Position numbers and translations under genes: made by a program. A DNA stretch of 64,000 nt from Sphingobacteriales bacterium (GTDB taxonomy: Bacteria > Bacteroidota > Bacteroidia > Chitinophagales > CAIOSU01): assembly GCA_027486795.1 (NCBI GenBank), contig JAIXOI010000009.1:22147-86146 (forward strand), given 5' to 3'. Below the pieces are notes generated by a model that saw nothing but the letters and a program-made list of their open reading frames with translations, searched no databases and was not told the DNA's origin. Of the stretch, positions 37,875 through 47,562 are shown in pieces (within the stretch, counting starts at the first letter, position 1; every line of letters begins with the position of its first letter).

Positions 37875-39443
37875 ATGGGACAAGATAGAGAAGTTATGAA
37901 ACCGAGTGATGAATTGTCGGAGCTTATACGTTGTATGAGCCCTTCTGAGAAGCGTTATTTTAAGTTACAAGCTGCAACATTTAAGGAGGATAGCCACTAT
38001 TTGTTGTTGTTTGATGCTATAGACAAGAAGGAAATTGAGGATACAGAGTTGGAGAAATACCTCGCTTCAAATCAAGTTACGGTATCGCTTAGTCGGTTAA
38101 AGAACTATTTGCAGCAGTTGATTATGAAAACCCTTAGGGAGTATCATCTGGATCATTATCCAGAGTTTAAGATTATTGAGGCATATCGGGATTACCGCAT
38201 ATTACGCGATAGGAAGCTTGATAAGCAAGCAAGCAAAGCAATAGCAAGAGCCGTGAAACTGGCCAAGCAGTATGAGCGCTTTGCATACCTGTGGGAGATA
38301 AATAGGCATTTGGCTATTGATGAGATGGTTGAGATGGATGGAAATAAGTTCAGAAAGAATACTGATGCGGTATTGGATCTTCAAGATGGCATAGTGGCAA
38401 AGTTGCAGCTGGTAAACGACTGCCATCGATTGGAAGTGGTGGCTATTTTGTTGGAAAAAGAACACATCAAAACAATTGATCCGGAGAAGCTAAGTGCCAT
38501 AGAACAATTGCTGGCTAATGCCAAAGTTTTTGATAACGCAGATTTGCCATACTACGGAAAGGCACACCTGCATGGTGTGTATAATATATGCTATGCCCAA
38601 ACAAATAGGTATAGCGAGGCTCTGGAAACAAATTCTCGGTTAGTTGATTTGTTGCGCGAACGGCCTATTGAGATAGGCTGCAACGATGAGCAAATATTGT
38701 ACGCCTTTACCAACCAGCTCTATCATTTGCTTTACCAAGAAAAATGGGATGATTTTAAGAAACTAACCAGCGAAATAAAAGCTGACCCCAGCAAATACTT
38801 TGTTGGGCATGGCGAGTATTTTCAATCGGCATTGTTATTTGGGGCTTATAGTTTTGAGGTTTCGTTGGCTCTATTGAGCGGCAACTTTGAAGAGGGCAAT
38901 AGGTGTTTAGAGCCCGCCCAGAAAATTTTGGATAAACACGAGAACATTGCCTACGCTGAGTTTCATTTTTCGTGGCTATACCGCAAATTGGTGCTGTATT
39001 TTGGCTTGGGCAACTATACCATGGCGCTTCAAACCATCAATATAATACTGGATGGTAAGGTACTGAAATATGGGCCCGATTTTGGTCCCTACATACGCAT
39101 GCTTAACCTCATAATATTGTACGAGCTGGGCCACCTCAAAATGCTACCTTCGGCAATAAAAGCAACGGAGCAGTTTATACGAGGCAAAGAGAATTTATAC
39201 GTGGTAGACAAGCTGCTGCTTGAGATGCTGAAAAAATTCTTGAAAGCTAACAATGACGATAGCGTTAAGGCAATTTGCACTAGCTATGCAGCCAAGATAA
39301 AAGCAAAAATAGAAGCGGAGCCGTCTGCACGAACTCCGCTTATCTATTTCGATTTTTTAACTTGGATGGAAGGCAAAGCGAAAGGAATATTATTTGGAGA
39401 AGCTATGCACCAAAAACACCTTGCCAAGCAAAAAGCAGACTAA
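37875..39443 (+). CDS. hypothetical protein, helical-repeat (TPR-like)
   Basis: 522-aa alpha-helical ORF, divergent from the two-component cluster. An alternative start exists at 37896. No family recognised. Confidence 0.5.
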   Translation: MGQDREVMKPSDELSELIRCMSPSEKRYFKLQAATFKEDSHYLLLFDAIDKKEIEDTELEKYLASNQVTVSLSRLKNYLQQLIMKTLREYHLDHYPEFKIIEAYRDYRILRDRKLDKQASKAIARAVKLAKQYERFAYLWEINRHLAIDEMVEMDGNKFRKNTDAVLDLQDGIVAKLQLVNDCHRLEVVAILLEKEHIKTIDPEKLSAIEQLLANAKVFDNADLPYYGKAHLHGVYNICYAQTNRYSEALETNSRLVDLLRERPIEIGCNDEQILYAFTNQLYHLLYQEKWDDFKKLTSEIKADPSKYFVGHGEYFQSALLFGAYSFEVSLALLSGNFEEGNRCLEPAQKILDKHENIAYAEFHFSWLYRKLVLYFGLGNYTMALQTINIILDGKVLKYGPDFGPYIRMLNLIILYELGHLKMLPSAIKATEQFIRGKENLYVVDKLLLEMLKKFLKANNDDSVKAICTSYAAKIKAKIEAEPSARTPLIYFDFLTWMEGKAKGILFGEAMHQKHLAKQKAD

Positions 39444-39446
39444 TGC

Positions 39447-39968
39447 TTACCAGCCTGGGTTTTCGGTAGCAATACCGGTTGATACCAATATGATGGAGGT
39501 AATAACAACCAACACCACTACTACACCCATCACTATCAAGCCTTTTTTGTAAAGCTTCACGTTGTCTTCAAGCTTTTTGTGCTTAAAAACATTTACCAGC
39601 TTGTTCTCAGTGCGCAAAAACGAGCTTTCGTTTTTAATTACGTAGTCAAACGCACCGCTGGCCATGGTTTCTACCGCGATTTCAATTTTCTCTTGGCCCG
39701 ATAGCATCACTACTTCGGTATCGGCGTTGCGCGCTTTTATTTTCTTAAGAATCTCGATGCCATTGGCAGCACTTTTTTCTACGCTATTTAGGTAGTAATC
39801 AAGCACAATTACATCTGGGTTTTTATCAAGGTTTGCCAAGCAATCTTCGCCCGTTGAGAAAGTGGTAATATCAACTTTAAGCTTGCTGGAAAGGTGGTCT
39901 TTGAGCATTTGTAGGTGCATCGGATCGTCATCCACCAAAAATACTTTGCGTAAATCAGAATTGGCCAT
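39447..39968 (-). CDS. response regulator receiver protein with C-terminal transmembrane anchor, no output domain
   Basis: REC motifs (FLVDDDP, VIVLDYYL, phospho-acceptor Asp context) followed by GLIVMGVVVVLVVITSIILVSTGI. Confidence 0.8.
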   Translation of the reverse strand: MANSDLRKVFLVDDDPMHLQMLKDHLSSKLKVDITTFSTGEDCLANLDKNPDVIVLDYYLNSVEKSAANGIEILKKIKARNADTEVVMLSGQEKIEIAVETMASGAFDYVIKNESSFLRTENKLVNVFKHKKLEDNVKLYKKGLIVMGVVVVLVVITSIILVSTGIATENPGW

Positions 39969-40003
39969 GGCTCGGTTGTTATGGTTTGGTTTAGTTTTTA
40001 GTT

Positions 40004-40354
40004 TTAGTGCGCGTTTACATAGTCTTGAAGCTCAGCAAAAGCCTGTTTCATAGTAGCTTCTAGTTTTTCTATCAAGGGCGGCAAAGCATCTAGATTGGTA
40101 ACAGAACTGCTGTACTCTTCAATAGCCCTAATATCTTGCTCTAGGCTTTTTATACCCATATAAGTAAGCTGCGGTTTTAGTGAGTGCGCAGATCCTTTAA
40201 GTTGGTTATAGTCGCCAGTGCCTAGGCTAGTGCGTATTTCTTCCACTTGCTCTGGCGCACGGTCAAGAAACATTTGCACGTAACGTTTTATTTTTTGGGT
40301 ATCGTTTCCGGTAAAACTGCCCAAGAAAGTTAAATCTGTAACCTTGTCGCTCAT
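40004..40354 (-). CDS. Hpt (histidine phosphotransfer) domain protein
   Basis: 116 aa, four-helix-bundle-like, conserved GSAHSLKP. Confidence 0.85.
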   Translation of the reverse strand: MSDKVTDLTFLGSFTGNDTQKIKRYVQMFLDRAPEQVEEIRTSLGTGDYNQLKGSAHSLKPQLTYMGIKSLEQDIRAIEEYSSSVTNLDALPPLIEKLEATMKQAFAELQDYVNAH

Positions 40355-40363
40355 AATTTGGTT

Positions 40364-42391
40364 TTAAGCAGGCTGTGTGGTATTCGTCAGTCTATGAATT
40401 TTTTCCTTCAACACATCGGGGTCGAAAGGCTTGCTAATATAATCATTCATGCCCGATTCTAAACATTTATCAACTTCAAATTTCTCTACATTGGCGGTCA
40501 TGGCCATTATAGGGATGTTGTTTTTGGGCGAAGGTATCTGGTTGCGTATAAATTGAGTAGCCTCATGTCCACCCATTACAGGCATATTAATGTCCATAAG
40601 CACTAAACTATAATTGCCTGTGGCTATCTTTTCGCAGGCAATTTTACCATTCAGCGCCTCATCAATTTTGGCACTAGGGAAAAGGGTGCTCAAAGTGTCT
40701 TGTGCTACCATTTGGTTAAAATCGTTATCATCAACTACCAATATGTGCAGGTCTTTAGGTTCGCCTGATTTTAGCGCGGCTTCGGGCTTACTTTTATTGG
40801 TTGCCGAAATTAAAAGAGCAGTAATTTTTTCTTCTAGCTCCTCGGGCACAAATGGTTTTGAGATATAGTCGTTCATACCTGAATCTATGCATTCTTGTAT
40901 GGCCTCTTGGGTAGCACTGGCGGTCATGGCCATCACCAAGGTGTTTTTCTTGTCAGTATCAAGCTTCCTGATGGCCCGAGTAGCATCCAAGCCGTTCAAA
41001 ATCGGCATGTTCAGGTCCATAAGTACTAGGTCGTAGTGTTCTTTTGCTACCCGTTCCACGGCTAGTTTGCCATTTTCCGCAATATCAATCACGATGCCCT
41101 CAAACATACTCTCCAGGGTGTCTTGCGCTACTATTTGGTTGAAGGCGTTATCTTCGGCCAACAAAATTCTCAGTCCTTTTCCCGAAAACCGTTCATGCTT
41201 TTGGTGCTCTATAGTTGCACTTTGAGCGTTGCCAGGGGCAAAATCGAGGTCAAAGTAAAAGGTGGTGCCTTGGCCTACAATACTGCTTACACCAATATGC
41301 CCACCTTGTAGCTCTACCAATTGCTTGCAAATAGTAAGGCCTAGTCCGGTGCCACCAAATTTACGGGTGGTGGTGCTATCCGCTTGCGAAAAGCTTTCAA
41401 ATATGGCATCGAGCCGGTCTTCAGGTATGCCTATTCCGGTATCTACTACACTGAATTTGATGTTTACTTTGCCATTTTGGGTTGCACCTTGGGTTACGTT
41501 TATGGTTATGCCACCGCTTTCGGTAAACTTAACCGCATTGCTGGCCAAGTTCAGCAAAATCTGGTTTAGGCGCACAGGGTCGCCAACAAGCATCGGTGGT
41601 ATACCATCCGCAATGTTTATGTTTAGGTAAAGGCCTTTTTCGTCTGATTTAAACATGACTGTGTTGGCCACCCCGTCAATAGTCTCGGCAAGGGAGAAAT
41701 CAACGGCTTCAAACTCCAGCCTGCCCGCTTCAATTTTACTGATGTCCAAAATATCGTTGATAATTACTATCAGGTTATCAGCTGATTGCTTAATGGCTTT
41801 CAGGTATTTCATTTGCAGGGCCGTTGGCTCGGTTTTGAGCAATAGGTTGGTCATGCCCACCACGGCGTTCATAGGAGTGCGTATTTCGTGGCTCATGTTG
41901 GCCAAAAACTGCTCTTTGAATTTCCGGCTTTGCTCCGCTCTTTCTCGGGCCTCCTCGGCACCTACGAGTTGCGTTTTTGCCAACATGCCTTCCTTAATCA
42001 ACTTTACCTCTTCCAAGGTTTTGTTCAGGGTAAGGTCAAGGTCATTAAAATCAACGGGCTTGGTAATAAAGTCGAAGGCTCCGCTGTTCATGGCAGCCCG
42101 TATATTGCCCATATCGCCGTAGGCCGACATTACAATGATACGCGCGGGAAAGTTTTGCTCTTTTACCTTGCGTAGCAAGGTAAGGCCGTCCATTTCGGGC
42201 ATGTTAATGTCGGTAATCACTACGTCAATTTCGGGGTTGTTGCCCAATAACTCTAAGGCAACCAAACCATTGGGAGCATAAAAAAACTCCAGTTCACCTT
42301 GTTTAATCCTACGTCTAAAACGCTGCCTGAACAGGTCTTCGGCATCTGGTTCGTCGTCTACTAGCAGTATTTTTGGTATGGCTGTAATCAT
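40364..42391 (-). CDS. cytoplasmic hybrid histidine kinase: REC-HisKA-HATPase-REC-REC
   Basis: H-box SHEIRTPMN, G-boxes DTGIGI and GGTGLGL, and three receiver modules (LLVDDEP, LLAEDNAFN, LVVDDNDFN). No TM segment. Confidence 0.9.
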   Translation of the reverse strand: MITAIPKILLVDDEPDAEDLFRQRFRRRIKQGELEFFYAPNGLVALELLGNNPEIDVVITDINMPEMDGLTLLRKVKEQNFPARIIVMSAYGDMGNIRAAMNSGAFDFITKPVDFNDLDLTLNKTLEEVKLIKEGMLAKTQLVGAEEARERAEQSRKFKEQFLANMSHEIRTPMNAVVGMTNLLLKTEPTALQMKYLKAIKQSADNLIVIINDILDISKIEAGRLEFEAVDFSLAETIDGVANTVMFKSDEKGLYLNINIADGIPPMLVGDPVRLNQILLNLASNAVKFTESGGITINVTQGATQNGKVNIKFSVVDTGIGIPEDRLDAIFESFSQADSTTTRKFGGTGLGLTICKQLVELQGGHIGVSSIVGQGTTFYFDLDFAPGNAQSATIEHQKHERFSGKGLRILLAEDNAFNQIVAQDTLESMFEGIVIDIAENGKLAVERVAKEHYDLVLMDLNMPILNGLDATRAIRKLDTDKKNTLVMAMTASATQEAIQECIDSGMNDYISKPFVPEELEEKITALLISATNKSKPEAALKSGEPKDLHILVVDDNDFNQMVAQDTLSTLFPSAKIDEALNGKIACEKIATGNYSLVLMDINMPVMGGHEATQFIRNQIPSPKNNIPIMAMTANVEKFEVDKCLESGMNDYISKPFDPDVLKEKIHRLTNTTQPA

Positions 42392-42762
42392 TTTCGGAGA
42401 GAAAGGATTTTGTCCCTTAAGTTAGTAAAATCAACAGGCTTGGTCACAAAGTCATCGGCACCGTATGTTTTAGCGGTATTGTGGTTATCGTCATCGCCGT
42501 AGGCCGAAATCATGAATACCTGAAGGTGCGGGAATTGGTTTTTAACAATTTTGAGCAGTTCAAGACCAGTCATGCCAGGCATGTTAATGTCTGACAATAC
42601 AAGCACCAAATCAAATGGGCTCAACTGGCGTAAATATTCCAAAGCCTCTTCAGCTGAGAAAACGAATTTGAAATCCAGCTCCCCGGCTTTTAGCTCTTTG
42701 CGGAAACGTTGGCGAAATAATGCCTCTACGTCTCTTTCGTCATCTACTACCAGTATTTTCAT
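42388..42762 (-). CDS. single-domain response regulator (REC only)
   Basis: 124 aa. It is a paralog of the N-terminal REC of the downstream hybrid kinase. The stop overlaps the next start. Confidence 0.9.
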   Translation of the reverse strand: MKILVVDDERDVEALFRQRFRKELKAGELDFKFVFSAEEALEYLRQLSPFDLVLVLSDINMPGMTGLELLKIVKNQFPHLQVFMISAYGDDDNHNTAKTYGADDFVTKPVDFTNLRDKILSLRK

Positions 42763-42831
42763 CCTGTTGTTTGTTTTGATGTTTGTGTCAATTCAATCCT
42801 ATTGGTTTGCTACCCAAACCACCGTTTTTAT

Positions 42832-45800
42832 CTATAACGGAAGGCTTATTACAAACTCTGTAAAATTGCCTTCTTCGCTGTTGGCGTTTAGTTTTCCGTA
42901 GTGCCCTTTAACAACAATGTCGTAACTAATTGATAAACCGAGACCAGTGCCTTCGCCAGTAGGTTTGGTGGTGAAAAATGGGTTAAAAATTTTAGATAAG
43001 TTTTCTTTCGAAATGCCCGTTCCGTTGTCCCTAATGCTTACGATGGCAAATTTGCCTTCAACTTTTGTTGTGATGGTTACTTTTGGCACAAACGCATCGC
43101 CGGCCTGCTGTTTTTTCTTATAGGCTGCATAAATGGCATTATTGGCTATATTCAATATCACCCTCGATAAATCTTGCGTAACCAGCGACACCATAGGCAG
43201 GTTTTCGTCGTAGTGCTTATCAAATTGCACCGTTAGGCTTTGCTGTTTGCTTCTTAAACCATGGTAGGCTAGGTTCACGTTTTCCTCTACCATTTTGTTG
43301 AGGTTCACGCTCTCTTTTTCGCCGCTTTGGTTTCTTGAGTGCATTAGCATACCCTTAACAATACCATCGGCACGTTTTCCGTGTTCGTTTATCTTTTGCA
43401 CGTTATGGCGTAGGTCGCCCAGCAAGTCTTGTATATTCTCTAAGTCAGCCGATTCTATTTTTTGTTTCACTATTTCCTCTTCCAACTCATCAACCAACTC
43501 TTCTGATAGCTCGGCAAAATTGTTCACGAAATTCAGCGGGTTTTTAATCTCATGGGCTATGCCTGCGGTAAGTTGGCCAAGCGACGCCAGTTTTTGCTGC
43601 TCCACCAACATGTCTTGAGATTGCTTCAATTCGGCGGTGCGTTCGTTTACCAAATCCTCTAATTTTCGCTTTTCAACACGCAGTTGCCTCGAGCGCATGG
43701 AAATAATCAAGTAAATAAGCGCACTTGTTATTACCAAGCCGCCTAAATAGGCCCACCAAGTGCGAAACCAGGGTGGCGAAATGTTAAAGCTGTATTCATT
43801 CTCGAAGCTAATGTAATCAAAAGCATTTCGGGCGCGCACTTTGAAGGTATACTGCCCTTCGGGTAAGTTAGTATAATCTTTTCGTGTGTCGCTCGTCCAT
43901 TCCGACCAGTCGTTGTCGAAACCTAGGAGCTGGTATTGAAACTCTGTAAACTCTGGGAATTCGTAGCTTGTAGCGCCAAAATCGAAACGGAGGGCATTAT
44001 CCCTGAAAGGAAGCCTTGGTATCATTGCCATAGGTTGCTTTATTGACGGATACCCTTTTTCATCAAAATAAGCACCATCAAACAAAATGGTACCCTCGCC
44101 TAGCTGCACATGCCTTATCAAGCATTGGAAATCTTTATCGCCTTCGGCCATATTGTCGCTGGCTATGCGCATTAATCCTTGGTTGCCACCCAGCCAAATT
44201 TGCCCATCCTTGTCTCTAAAAATAGTGTTGTATGAGCGGTCGGCTAGGTTGTTAAAGGCTCTTGTGCTTATCTCATAATTGCCGCTGCTGCTTGTTTTGG
44301 CTATTCCTTTATCCATGTTGGTAATGATAAAGTATGCCGAGTCGGTTAAGGCAAGCATTGCTATTAAGCGTTTTCCTTTGTTCTTAAACTCGCTTCCAAA
44401 AACCGCCGATTGGTAAAATGTTCCTTGCCCGCTATCAAATTGGTACACTCCTTTTGTGCCCGATACCAAGAGTTTCCCATCCATCAAAAACAGCTTGTTG
44501 TCGCCATTACTGGGCAAGCCATTAGCGGTGGTATAATAGTCAACTTGTTTGGTCGATAAATTTGTGCTGCTAAGCAACATGTGCATTACACCATTGCTTT
44601 GTGTTGCGGCCCAAATACCATCTTTCTCAATTACTAGTGAGGTAAAGTTACCTGCAATTGATTGAAAGCTTGGGTGATAGCCCCAATTGCCATTGTTGTA
44701 TTTCAATGCTATGAGGCTGTCGTTTAGGCCTGCAAAAATTACAGTCGGGTCGAAAGGGTTTGATACCAAGAAATTGGTGTTTGCTCTAATTACTCGCTGC
44801 GGCACGTTGTTTTTAAGGTTATATATACCATCGGCAGTACCCAACAACAATCCTTGTGGATTCGATATCATGTCGTGAAACTCAGTGTAAAACCCGGGTA
44901 TATCGGTAAACGTTGAGTGGTATTTGAAATAGCTTTTCGACAATTCCGCATTGCTCACATCTTTTAAGTAATAAATACCCTGAGTAGTTGATACATATAG
45001 TACCCCATTATGCCTTACTATGCTATTTACGTTGCCTTGCAGCCCCGAGCGATCGGAGAATAGATATACAGGAGAAAATATGGATACGCGCACCAAGCCA
45101 TTATCGGTAGCTAACCAAAGTCCTTGTTGGTGGTCAACATGCACTGCATTAATGGTATTATCGGGCAGGCCGCTTTCTTTATTAAATAGTTTAAAAAGTG
45201 CGCCATTGGGTTCTATAATAACCAAACCACCGCGCAGTGTGGTAATACCAATTTTACCGTCAGGCAATATTAATCCGCCCGAAATAAGGTTTTCTTTTAG
45301 GTAATTGTCTACTTGGGTAGTAAACTGGCGCAGTTCTTTGCCATCCCAAAGCATTAGGCCATCAAATTTTCTGGCGATTAGCAATTTATTGCCTTCCAAC
45401 GGCAAAACCGCAATAATACCCTCGTTTATCAAAGCATTGCTGGTTTCGCCAAACACTTTTTTAAAACTATTGCCATCTAACGTCGATAGCCCTTTTTCAG
45501 CCAAAGTGAGGTAAAGCTTGTTGTTTACAAAAAAGGCAGGGTTGCGCAGCAGTAAGTTGGGCAGCACTGGCTCGTCGAGCTTACCGTTTTTATATATCAG
45601 CACCCTATTCAACGAAACAAAGTAAATGGCATCAGCACTTGTAAATACGTTCAAGAAACTGCCCAAGGTTTCGCTGGCCAAACTATCGGATAGCGATTGG
45701 TAACGCAATTGGCCAATCGAGTCGGGCGCAAGGTAACCAAACCCACCATCAAGACCAACATAAATTCTACCGTTCTTATCGGCTTGCAATGCCCTAACCA

Positions 45801-46053
45801 CCGCACTGGTAGGCACCGAAATATTGCGCCAACGGGTGCCATCAAACTCCAGTATGCCGTTCTCGTTGCCTATATATATCAGTCCTCTATTGTCGCCGGC
45901 TATGGCATAGTTGCGCTTGCTGCTTTTATACTCTTTGTCGGCATATACCCGCATTATGGGGTAAGCTATTTCTTTGTCGTTTTGGCCAAGCGCAACCATG
46001 CATGGCAATATCAAAGCAAGCACCAGTGCGTATAGCTTTATTGATTTTATCAT
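42832..46053 (-). CDS. sensor histidine kinase with periplasmic beta-propeller repeats and Y_Y_Y domain
   Basis: Signal peptide, two-component-regulator propeller repeats, YQLLGFDNDWSEW...YTFKVRARN, one TM, H-box AHEIKNPLN, and HATPase motifs (DNGTGI, GTGLGLS). Confidence 0.9.
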   Translation of the reverse strand: MIKSIKLYALVLALILPCMVALGQNDKEIAYPIMRVYADKEYKSSKRNYAIAGDNRGLIYIGNENGILEFDGTRWRNISVPTSAVVRALQADKNGRIYVGLDGGFGYLAPDSIGQLRYQSLSDSLASETLGSFLNVFTSADAIYFVSLNRVLIYKNGKLDEPVLPNLLLRNPAFFVNNKLYLTLAEKGLSTLDGNSFKKVFGETSNALINEGIIAVLPLEGNKLLIARKFDGLMLWDGKELRQFTTQVDNYLKENLISGGLILPDGKIGITTLRGGLVIIEPNGALFKLFNKESGLPDNTINAVHVDHQQGLWLATDNGLVRVSIFSPVYLFSDRSGLQGNVNSIVRHNGVLYVSTTQGIYYLKDVSNAELSKSYFKYHSTFTDIPGFYTEFHDMISNPQGLLLGTADGIYNLKNNVPQRVIRANTNFLVSNPFDPTVIFAGLNDSLIALKYNNGNWGYHPSFQSIAGNFTSLVIEKDGIWAATQSNGVMHMLLSSTNLSTKQVDYYTTANGLPSNGDNKLFLMDGKLLVSGTKGVYQFDSGQGTFYQSAVFGSEFKNKGKRLIAMLALTDSAYFIITNMDKGIAKTSSSGNYEISTRAFNNLADRSYNTIFRDKDGQIWLGGNQGLMRIASDNMAEGDKDFQCLIRHVQLGEGTILFDGAYFDEKGYPSIKQPMAMIPRLPFRDNALRFDFGATSYEFPEFTEFQYQLLGFDNDWSEWTSDTRKDYTNLPEGQYTFKVRARNAFDYISFENEYSFNISPPWFRTWWAYLGGLVITSALIYLIISMRSRQLRVEKRKLEDLVNERTAELKQSQDMLVEQQKLASLGQLTAGIAHEIKNPLNFVNNFAELSEELVDELEEEIVKQKIESADLENIQDLLGDLRHNVQKINEHGKRADGIVKGMLMHSRNQSGEKESVNLNKMVEENVNLAYHGLRSKQQSLTVQFDKHYDENLPMVSLVTQDLSRVILNIANNAIYAAYKKKQQAGDAFVPKVTITTKVEGKFAIVSIRDNGTGISKENLSKIFNPFFTTKPTGEGTGLGLSISYDIVVKGHYGKLNANSEEGNFTEFVISLPL

Positions 46054-46068
46054 GTAGCTTGGTTGTTA

Positions 46069-47328
46069 TTAGTGTTGGTTGTTTAACATTGATAAATCAG
46101 TGGTTTTAATGCCGATTGAGTTACCTTCTTGTTTTAGTTGTAGCCAGTAAGAATCGAAGTTGCCATTCACAATTTTCGTTTGCGTACCCATAAAGTCAGT
46201 AAACAGTACCTCGGTTATCGGAAAATCGAAATTCAGCTGTTGCACTTGGCCCCATGTTAAGGCCAATTCGCTAGTGTTTGCGGTAGCTTCGGTTTTGTCG
46301 CGTATTATATCATATTTCAAGTGGTACTCCAGTTTGCCGCTGGTGCCCGTGCTATTGAAAAATACCTCGGCGGTGTAACAAATCTTCCCGCCCGAGTTGG
46401 TTTTCCGGAAACTCCAGTCGCGGTTTTTTTGTCCTTTCGATATTTCAACAACCAACTCAACCGATTCTGGCATAAGTGTCCATCCCTCATGGTTAGGCAC
46501 ACACTGCTTTTCAACCAAATTTCCTTTGCTACCGTTTAACAAAAAGGTGCGGGTGCGTTTGGTTTGTTTTTCTGTGTTTTTGGCAGTGCTGTTTTTGGTT
46601 ATGGTAAGCTTTCCTGGCGAAGAGGGTATGGCCATAGCATAAAAATTATAAATGGCCGTAAACTGTTTCTTAGGGTTTATTTTTCGCCCAATTTGGCCTA
46701 CCAAGTGTAGTTTAAGGTTGGTTGCGGTAAGCAGTTCGGCCTTATCTAAATCTAATTGCTGTGGCCTAAACTTAAATGTTATCGTTGTATCGGTTGCATC
46801 TGCATACCCTACTTTTTTATTGCCGTTGTATAGGTAGGTCGCCAAAGTATCGCGCAATAGTACTGGGAACTCCCCCAAAAAAGTAACGGTAATAAAGTTG
46901 CTGTCTGCCTGGAAAAAATATACTGGTTTGGATGCCTTTAGCTTAAACTGGTTTTTTAGTACAATCAGGTTCGCTACAAAAGCAAGTGCCGAGTCTTTGC
47001 TGCTGATGCTTGGCTGTGTTGCAGCGGTTAAATTGTTTATTTGCGTTTCAAGGTTGTTGTATGCAGCTAATTCTACCTCATCTAGGTTGCTTATTTTGTC
47101 GAAAATACTCAAAGTACCGAGATTACTATAAGCAGATAGCGCATGAAGCCAAAATTGCGAAACTTCTGTTCGCTGAATTTTTTGGTCAATAGGACTATTT
47201 TTTACGTACCCATCCAATTTTTCATGCAGGGTAGTAAGTTTGCTCTCTAAATATACATCTTCTGTTTGGGCTGATATGGCCTGCACCGCTATTGCACAAA
47301 TCATTATAAAACTGGAAATAATCCTCAC
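46069..47328 (-). CDS. hypothetical secreted protein, first gene of the sensor cluster
   Basis: Signal peptide MRIISSFIMICAIAVQAISAQ. It lies 15 nt upstream of the kinase gene. No family recognised. Confidence 0.55.
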   Translation of the reverse strand: MRIISSFIMICAIAVQAISAQTEDVYLESKLTTLHEKLDGYVKNSPIDQKIQRTEVSQFWLHALSAYSNLGTLSIFDKISNLDEVELAAYNNLETQINNLTAATQPSISSKDSALAFVANLIVLKNQFKLKASKPVYFFQADSNFITVTFLGEFPVLLRDTLATYLYNGNKKVGYADATDTTITFKFRPQQLDLDKAELLTATNLKLHLVGQIGRKINPKKQFTAIYNFYAMAIPSSPGKLTITKNSTAKNTEKQTKRTRTFLLNGSKGNLVEKQCVPNHEGWTLMPESVELVVEISKGQKNRDWSFRKTNSGGKICYTAEVFFNSTGTSGKLEYHLKYDIIRDKTEATANTSELALTWGQVQQLNFDFPITEVLFTDFMGTQTKIVNGNFDSYWLQLKQEGNSIGIKTTDLSMLNNQH

Positions 47329-47562
47329 TCTGGTTCAATTTTAGGTGGGGGTAAATATACTACAAACCCTTGAAATTGTATTTCATTTTAGTATTACATA
47401 TTCTGAGCAATTTTGCAACTCGGTTACGCATTTGGGTTTATCGCAAACAGTATGGGTAGCCGATGGGTTCTTCGAATGTTAACAGAAGTTCATTTTTTTA
47501 TTAACAGAAAACTTTCGTTCTTTACTGACTGTAGTTTGATTAAAAATATTAATGAGGCTTGT

